Shown here: piece by piece, positions 58,701 to 64,000 of the stretch
Layout of the letters: each line of letters starts with the position of its first letter
How positions within the stretch are numbered: the first letter of the stretch is position 1
From: Phyllobates terribilis
Taxonomy: Eukaryota
DNA: 64,000 nt
Direction of reading: 5' to 3'
Assembly: GCF_046119375.1 (NCBI RefSeq)
Contig: NW_027362765.1
Span: 286,192,001 to 286,256,000, forward strand
Program-made: the position numbers and the translations under genes
The notes under the pieces: generated by a model
Told to the model about the DNA's origin: nothing
Seen by the model: the letters and a program-made list of their open reading frames with translations, nothing else
The model's database searches: none

Positions 58701-61700
58701 GGCTGTATCTGATAATGCAGCTTAGCCCTGGAATAGAGATACTAGATAGATATAGGCAAACGTGCTGCAATGTTTTCAGCTATGTGCACTGTAATTCAGA
58801 ATATAATTTGTTAGTATTTAAATTGCTACAATGCCTATTTGTGGGACATGAAAGGGGGGGGGTATCAGTCTGGCTTCAGCAGAGGCTCTGTAGTATCCCC
58901 AGACCCTACACATTGGACTTTGCTCTGTGCACAGTGCATACTGTTTCCTCATCAGTGCAGTCCTCTATGGGAAGCCCCAGAGTCATGTGACACGGTGTCA
59001 CAACTTCCTGCTCCGTCAGGTGAGCTGTGTCATTGAGCTCCTGACTCATTCTTGTGTTCACGGGTTGTGCTGCACAGATCTAGGGCTGCTTGTAAGTGAC
59101 CTCACTGATATTGATGAGAATGGGCCTGGGGGTTCATTAGATTCTAGGCCCATAGGTGCTGTCACTAACGGACCTTTGTATCTAGCGTCAGGTGGAACCA
59201 AATGTGCGCAACAAGATTCTGTATCTGATTCAGGCCTGGGCCCATGCTTTCCGTAACGAACCCAAGTATAAAGTTGTCCAGGACACCTACCAAATCATGA
59301 AAGTGGAAGGTAAGGCTATATCTGTGCAGTCTAGTATTTGTAGAGTAACAGACAATCTTCTGGAGAGCGCTGAGAATCTTTGTTGTGTCTAGTGTTGTGG
59401 GGCCGAGAGGTATTTTATTTTCTATGGTGTATCCTGTTGTGTTGTATTGTGCCTAGTTCTCACACTGTTTACACCCCATTTTTGCATTATGGTAAGGGTA
59501 TGTTCACACAGTGTCTTTTAGACAATGGTGTACCTGCATTGTTTTTTAAATAGAACACAGTTCAGGGAAACGCCAGTGATATTTCCCCTGAAATTTCTTT
59601 TTAAGTCTTTTGTGGCAGCTTTGTCACAGGCAGCTGGTCACTTCTTTTAGCCAGTTCACGGCTTTCGAAGCCTGAAGCAGGTAAAAAAAAGTGACAAAAT
59701 GCGTAACGTGCACAGCAAGTCTTTTTTACATTGCAGTGTATGTGTTCATTGTTTGTGATTTTTATTTTTTAGTGTTTTTCTAAGGTAGGTTCCAGACTGA
59801 ATCCTCCTGAAAAGACGTCTTGTACACATACCCTTACAGGTGCTGTTTTTTTTCCCAAGATAAGAAAAAAAGTGCTTTTCTTGTAGCCATTGACATCTGC
59901 TGTAGGAAAAAACAGGATTTTGTTCTTCAACATAGGCGTACTTTGTCCAGTGATGGGATACCTAGGGTTTTAATTGTGTTCAGCATACTATTATAGAGTG
60001 TGAATTAGCATTATGTTTAACTGTTTACTTTGCTGATTGTATTTCCTGACACTCCATGAATAATAAAGGATATCTAATAGCCCGAGGTTGTAAGTGCTAT
60101 GCACAAACCAATTCTTTACCTCTGTGGGAAGCTGAATATGTTCTGCTTATTATGGTAACAGCTTTCTCATTTGGGCTGTCAGTAATGGCACTCCCAGGCT
60201 TGTTTTATGGCATAAGTTTTTTTCATTCTTAACCCGACTATTTCTTTTTACAGTAATATTAATATGCAGCCTTAGGTGCTGAAAAAATTTGTTTCTATGA
60301 TTTTCAGATTTATTTTTGTCTTTTTGTTTCAGGACATAATTTCCCTGAGTTTAAGGAAAGCGATGCCATGTTTGCAGCAGAACGTGTAAGTATGGTTAAT
60401 TTTCGAAGGGAGTTAGTTGTCAAGTGAAAACAAGGTGAGATCTTACTTATTGATGGGGGTATGATTGCTGAGACACTTACCGATTAGCAGAACAGGGAAT
60501 TTTTATCCTCATTACAAAATTGAGCAGGAAGTCGGATACCCTCCCACCACTCCATTCATTCTCTATGGAGCCGCTGAAGAAGCCGAGTGCAGAGCTCAGC
60601 AGTCCCTAAAGGAATGTATGGAGCAGCGGTCGAGCATGTGCCTTCTTCTCAATTCTCACAGTGCTAAAAGGGCCCAGCAATCGGACCCCCACCAATCAAT
60701 AAGTTATCACCTATTCTTTGGGTAGGCTATACTTTTTTACCAGACAACCATTTTAAAGAGGATTGGCTCCTGAGAAGGAAATGTGTTACTTGGTTATTTC
60801 ATAGGCCCCTGACTGGGTGGATGCTGAGGAATGTCATCGCTGCCGTGTTCAGTTTGGTGTGGTTACACGCAAGGTAAGAGGCTGCCTATAATCCACGACT
60901 ATATACTGCTTTCTTTAATTAGTTTCCATTTACCTTCCTTGTTTTTATTCTATATAGAGTATTACTTATCCAAACATCCCAGACTCAAGGAAAGACATAG
61001 CACTAGGTAGAGATTTCCTTCAACTACTTCCCACAAATGGACATGATTCTACATCTAAATTGTGATTGTCTTATGGAGAAGGTAGTACTGTTTTGTCTAG
61101 TGGATGACATGAGCACAGGAGCGTTGCCTGTCTTATCAGCTGCTGGTGGTGACTAGTATACAAGCAATAGTTAGGGTTGTAGATAACAGCTGCTGCTTCT
61201 AGATGGTTAACAGAGGGAAGATGCTCCCGCTGCAACCCCATAAGTACGACACAATCACTTGGTGCTGATCAGTTGCATAATTTATTTGTACATTGAAATT
61301 GTGCCTTTTTTTTTCAATTATCTTGAAAAATAAAAACAAATGCTTATACTGCTTCATTAACAGAAAAATAGTTATGGTCTAAACGTAGCCGTGCCAAAAC
61401 AAAAGAATTTCTGCAGTGCTTATTGCGAAAATGGACTAGGATGTAGTGTCCTCCCTGATTACACATGTATCCTCTAATTTACAGCATCACTGCAGAGCCT
61501 GTGGACAAATCTTCTGTGGAAAATGTTCCTCTAAATATTCCACCATCCCCAAATTTGGCATTGAAAAGGAAGTGCGTGTTTGTGAGCCCTGCTATGAACA
61601 TCTGAACAAGTAAGACTCCACACGGGCCTTCAAGGGTTATCAGCTCTGTGTCTGTTTCATTCCTTATGTTTCTTACAGATATTTTTTTTTTCAGGAAAGG

Positions 61701-62143
61701 TGAAGGCAAATCTGCCGCTACAGGTGAACTGCCTCCTGAGTACTTGACCAGCCCCTTATCTCAGCAGTCACAGGTGAGGTGAATATTTATCAAGTCCTTA
61801 AAATAAGGGGCCATTGTGATTGGCCAAAGAACAGCAAACCTTTGGCTTTTTTTAACCTGAAACATGCCACTTTTGACTAGGGTCTATGTTTGGAGTCGCC
61901 ACACAGCCCCCCTAAAAATCCTTTCTCCTGTCCTTTTAGAATATTTTTGCACATATGTAGGTGAGAATTATAAAGCCTGTATTAAAAATAATTCTGCTTG
62001 TTCTCTCTCCTAATCTATTTATTGACTTGTGTATTCTGTGTTAGATGCCTCCCAAGAGAGATGAAACTGCACTGCAAGAAGAAGAGGAGCTGCAGCTTGC
62101 TATAGCCTTGTCACAATCTGAGGCTGAAGAGAAGGAAAGGGTG
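46731..62143 (+). CDS. HGS: Hepatocyte growth factor-regulated tyrosine kinase substrate (ESCRT-0), exons 1-10; 3' partial
   Basis: join(46731..46767,47128..47212,56239..56314,58512..58604,59186..59309,60333..60385,60805..60873,61485..61609,61695..61773,62045..62143). All introns GT-AG and in frame. VHS domain, FYVE finger (RKHHCRACG...VRVCEPC) and UIM (EEEELQLAIALSQSEAE). Confidence 0.97.
47882..49363 (+). repeat. 5' LTR
   Basis: Offset exactly 6686 bp from the 3' LTR; no difference seen on visual comparison. Confidence 0.95.
49365..49385 (+). other. Primer-binding site, tRNA-Leu(AAG/TAG)-like
   Basis: TGGTGGCAG-AG-CGGTGGGATT equals the complement of the tRNA-Leu 3' end (TGGTGGCAGCGGTGGGATT) with a 2-nt bulge, 1 nt after the LTR. 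Confidence 0.75.
49548..54560 (+). CDS. Gag-Pol polyprotein (1670 aa from ATG 49548): SCAN-like capsid, CCHC knuckle, protease, integrase, RT, RNase H
   Basis: CHLCNKPGHFRAEC at about 50652-50693; LRDTGA at about 50826; IN His pair HEIPMAGH with CRSCDTC, VAVDLIG...TDRG...GLCERFNG; RT YLDD at 53694; RNase H TDASD...EKEC...TDH. No stop or frameshift. Confidence 0.95.
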   Translation: MADGTRSKTLQEANATVRVAGGEDIVTHGEEESSPGTSGSQSPVYGPAVGCPPPTQPSLSRSQALLQAAMASLQSHGDAVYKTLLAASEKAAEEEREAAERREAAERAERAAERREAAEREAAERAERAAERQHQLDLAQRGLPLEQPTHQETKSSKVRAEDFPLLEKDGDLDSFLVAFERTCLQHHLARDQWARYLTPRLRGKSLDALGDLPAGEVQNYDCIKRALIRQYNLTPESYRQKFRSLLRGPKDTWTDHMRALLRAAEHWTSGLALTTRQEVQELFVTEQFLWNCPEDLRQFLRDRKPTGASATAALADEYANNRAPELKKSASSTWRGGKPSHAPVSPAPRTQGVYPPVALSRQGPDVRRCHLCNKPGHFRAECPQRQKTPSQSQRAPNVLCVGGGGGRSLDNIQPVTIGRSAVMGLRDTGAERTLVRPEVVSPQDLVPGKTLSVSGVGGVEPALPVAMVYLDWGAGRGMREVGVTPNIPANVLLGTDLGRLVSQYVPSEPPSSAPQECIDLSAANANHVVCSVCPAEEEGVKPEGNTCTDTTQTGLVKAGGECGDARRGAQPACRDLLSSGEGGGGQDSVEGSSGMERGAATGSVGLPGVSRLLSIGPLQGEEQAMGGGGVPREEPPGKTPGQEFPTSEMSKGLGSLPDRAAWSETEGKQALPTVTAVIAAVTRSGSAGAQGALQRSDGFPTSDQVSAGSDSGQVTCPEGLTEDVAVSSILATSSQEFQAALEADDSLKALKEQAAQPPMESDCERVVWDQGRLYRVTVQQGSPEAWPRDRQLVVPYPFRAELLRIAHEIPMAGHLGIAKTKARIAQHFYWPGMGAAVGAYCRSCDTCQRVGKAGPRPKAPLVTLPIIEEPFSRVAVDLIGPLSTPSHSGKCFILTVVDYATRYPEAVALSSIRADKVATALLEIFSRVGFPQEMLTDRGTQFMSRLMESLCKQMQVQHLVASPYHPQTNGLCERFNGTLKQMLKMLVDSHGRDWERYLPHLLFAYREVPQASTGFSPFELLYGRRVRGPLALVKEAWEGDLATPEVSVIEYVVRHRDRMMALAKLVQDNMAQAQADQKRWYDQNACERTYQVGQKVWVLVPVPQNKLQAAWEGPYFVHQKLNAVTYLVTLDHARGRRKAFHVNMMKAHHEREATAHPVCNLPEEGEVETLLDLLTQAKAGGSIEDVGVGHQLTEDQRSQLGTTLHPFRGLFSSLPGRTEMAVHDVDTGDHPPIRRSAYRVSFEVQGNMRQEIDEMLKLGVIQASSSAWASPVVLVPKKDRTTRFCVDYRGLNAVTATDAFPIPRIDDLLDRMAGAKYLTIMDLSRGYWQIPLTPAARERSAFITPFGLYESTVMPFGMKNAPATFQRMVNTLLEGLEGYAAAYLDDIAVFSPTWEDHLEHLRQVLGRIHRAGLTIKPEKCQLGMSEVLYLGHRVGGGVLKPEPGKVDAIASWPTPRTKKQVMSFLGTAGYYRRFVPHYSTLAKPLTDLTKKKLPVAVDWTVACETAFGALKAALSSSPVLQAADFDRPFVVQTDASDFGLGAVLSQVNTTGQEHPVLYLSRKLLPREVAYSTVEKECLAIVWALQRLQPYLYGSHFTVETDHNPLSWLHTVSGSNGRLLRWSLALQQYHFSIRHRRGRDHGNADGLSRQGEGAEGRTGEHRNVLPPRALV
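54559..54567 (+). other. Polypurine tract
   Basis: AGGGGGAGG immediately before the 3' LTR, overlapping the pol TAG. Confidence 0.8.
54568..56049 (+). repeat. 3' LTR
   Basis: Copy of 47882..49363, followed by TSD GTTAG. Confidence 0.95.
56455..58078 (-). mobile_element. Full-length Tc1-like DD38E (Intruder-type) transposon in HGS intron 3
   Basis: TA TSD (56453-56454, 58079-58080); ~265-bp TIRs beginning CAGTACAGACCAAAAGTTTGGACACACC; intact transposase. Confidence 0.95.
56612..57664 (-). CDS. Tc1-like transposase, 350 aa, intact, DD38E triad
   Basis: HTH plus GRPR motif; WSDESKF, FQQDNDPKH and SPDLNPIE, with 38 residues between the second D and the E (counted). Confidence 0.92.
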   Translation of the reverse strand: MARKKQLSKEKRVAIITLRNEGQSVRKIGKTLKVSPSAVAKTIKRYKEIGSHEDRPRKGRPRVTSASEEKFIQVTSLRNRRLTAAQIRDQVNATQSSSSRHISSTTVKRRLCAAGLHGKIAARKPLLRTGNKQKRLVWAKEHKEWTLDQWKSVLWSDESKFEIFGSNHRVFVRRRKGQRMDSTCLVPTVKHRGGVVMVWGCFAGDTVGDLFKIEGILNQHGYHSILQRHAIPSGLCLVGPSFIFQQDNDPKHISRLCKGYLTKKESDGVLRQMTWPPQSPDLNPIEMVWGELDRRVKAKGPTRAKHLWELLPDCWKTISGDYLLKLIKRMPRVCKAVIKAKGGYFEEPRI

Positions 62144-63237
62144 GTAAGTAAGGCAAGGGCCTGTACACCCATGTGTTCACCTCCTGTTGCTGCACAGCAT
62201 AATCAACTGCCATTATTATTGTCACAACTTACCTGGTGAAAAGTGGTGAGTTTTTGCTATTTTATTCCCGCTGTTCCCCTATTACATTTATTTTCTCTAA
62301 ATCCGCTTTATGGAGTTAGAAATATGAGCCTTTTATTTAATACGAATTTTTATGGTCTTTACAAAGGGGGCAGTGCTCACATTGTAATAATGCAGAGCAG
62401 CCTAAGGAAAAGTCCCCAGAGAATCCTATGAGCCATAGCCCCTTGGTAAAGACCATAACAATTAGCACTAAGTAAAAAGGCCCATATCTCCGGAACCGCA
62501 TAACTGATTATAACTAAACATAAGCAAAATATTCAGGGGAGCCGTGGGAGTACAATTAAAGCAAAAAAATTGACTATTTTTCACCTTTTGCCAGGTTCGT
62601 TTTTAAAGTGCACTTCTGGCCATTTATTGAGGCACTTGTGATGTACCCCCAGCTCTTATATCGCTCATATTCTTTTTGCATTACACTATCATAGCACATT
62701 TTTTTGTTCATTTGTTTCCAATGTTGCTGATGATGTAAAAAATATTATTTTTTCTGAGTTGTGGAGACCTATTATTAGATCTGCATTAGAAAGTAGGCCG
62801 GTCGAGGAAAGCTAAAAAAGAAACACAGCGCCTCCTTGCTCAGTAACTTCAAGGCGGGTTTGTAACCTCCTTAGGCTGGTACCAACCCACAACAGAGCCA
62901 CTTGTCTTAAGGGTCGCTATAGTGTAGGTCTGAGTACAGTAGGAAGCTGCTCTGCTTTTTTGATGTTTGAGGATCCATGCTAGTAACATTTTAAGAATAA
63001 AAATACCCATCTAATTTACATCCCACTGAATCCACTTTGTATTTCATCTGAACTTCCCCATCTACTACGCCCATGGCTTAACATTTTCCATTGGACTTTG
63101 TTAATATTAGAAACAACTCTGTTTAATTTCTGAAGCGGATAGCCATCTTTGTAAGGAAATGTACTGATCCCTGTCATCATATTAAAGATAATGTCCAGGA
63201 TTAGATGAAGGGAATCACTTTTTTTTTCCCCAGAAAT

Positions 63238-64000
63238 CAGGACTGTTGAGTCGGTAAGCCAAACTTCTGACTCCAATTCCTCAATTTCCATGACACCGAC
63301 TCCGACTCCCTCATACATGGCTCATGTTTAAGTGATAAATTTACTGTAGTAAAATGGTAACATAAAGCTTTTAATCATTATTATGATACAATAATCAAGC
63401 TATTTAGACAGAACATAAACTATATTTATTGGAATACAACTTTAGAACAAAAAAACTTTTGCATATTTACAATTTATTATACACTGTGCAGTAAGTGGGG
63501 GAAAAAAAAGTTTTCAACAAAAACATACTAAATAACATTTGTGCAGTCTATGAATTTGTTCTGAGAAATAGTATCGCCTCCATCAGATCCTCCTTCATAG
63601 ATGACCTCAAATCTGACCTAATTTATTTTAAGGCTAGAGAACAACCTCTCTACACTAACTTGGGTTGGTGGCAAAGCAGTAACCACAGGGACAACATCTC
63701 TAACATTTTCAGGGTATAAAGGAATTGTCTCGTGCACAGTCAGTTTCGATGAATGATTGCACTCTTCTACTTCTTTCAGAGCAAGTGAAAAATTTTGTAA
63801 TTCCACAATTGCCCCTTTTCCAGCGCGTCTCTTCAATATGGAATCAATTTTAGGGGTTCTGGCAGCAATAGCCAATTTCTTCACTTTGCTGATCAGACTT
63901 GCAGCGTGTCCCTCTTGCCGAATCTTATTTCATCTGCAGCGTGTGCACAACACCGTGCATGTGATGAATAGGAGAGAGGTGTGAAGCACCTAATTGTAAA
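63238..64000 (-). mobile_element. hAT transposon remnant (3' end of transposase); continues off the window
   Basis: End motif CAGGACTGTTGAGTCGG and CGACTCCGACTCC subterminal repeats. Minus-strand ORF 63618..63884 contains the hAT dimerisation motif ALPPTQVSVERLFSSLK. Confidence 0.75.

Noticed and set aside
1-64000. rRNA, tRNA, snoRNA genes or prokaryotic operons
   Set aside because: None recognisable; the only tRNA-related sequence is the retrotransposon PBS.

Overview
This is eukaryotic vertebrate DNA, inferred to be from a frog on the basis of its gene content and its TTAA/TWA MITE, piggyBac, Tc1 and Penelope-like repeat landscape. It is not prokaryotic, and there is no CRISPR array, rRNA or tRNA gene. 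Three spliced host genes can be rebuilt by hand from splice sites and phases. (1) An unnamed + strand gene (CDS 2926..26714, five coding exons, 375 aa) has a consensus ISRE just upstream of its 5'UTR exon, and its last exon carries Zn-deaminase-like motifs in reversed order (PCTKC before GNCAE). (2) ARL16 lies on the - strand; its first intron is a U12-type intron that appears to have AT-AA termini. (3) HGS lies on the + strand, head-to-head with ARL16; exons 1-10 are in the window and the gene runs off the end. A fourth, decayed single-pass membrane protein gene may lie at 27.8-29.3 kb. A 10.6-kb piggyBac (TTAA TSD) in intron 4 of the unnamed gene carries a disrupted transposase and, on the opposite strand, an intronless chimeric cargo of cingulin-, LONP1- and FXR1-derived coding sequence with its own poly(A) signal. 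A complete Gmr1-type Ty3/gypsy retrotransposon (integrase before RT, apparently identical 1482-bp LTRs, 5-bp TSD, intact ORF) and an intact DD38E Tc1-like transposon sit in HGS introns. All homology calls come from recognising sequence by eye, not from database searches.
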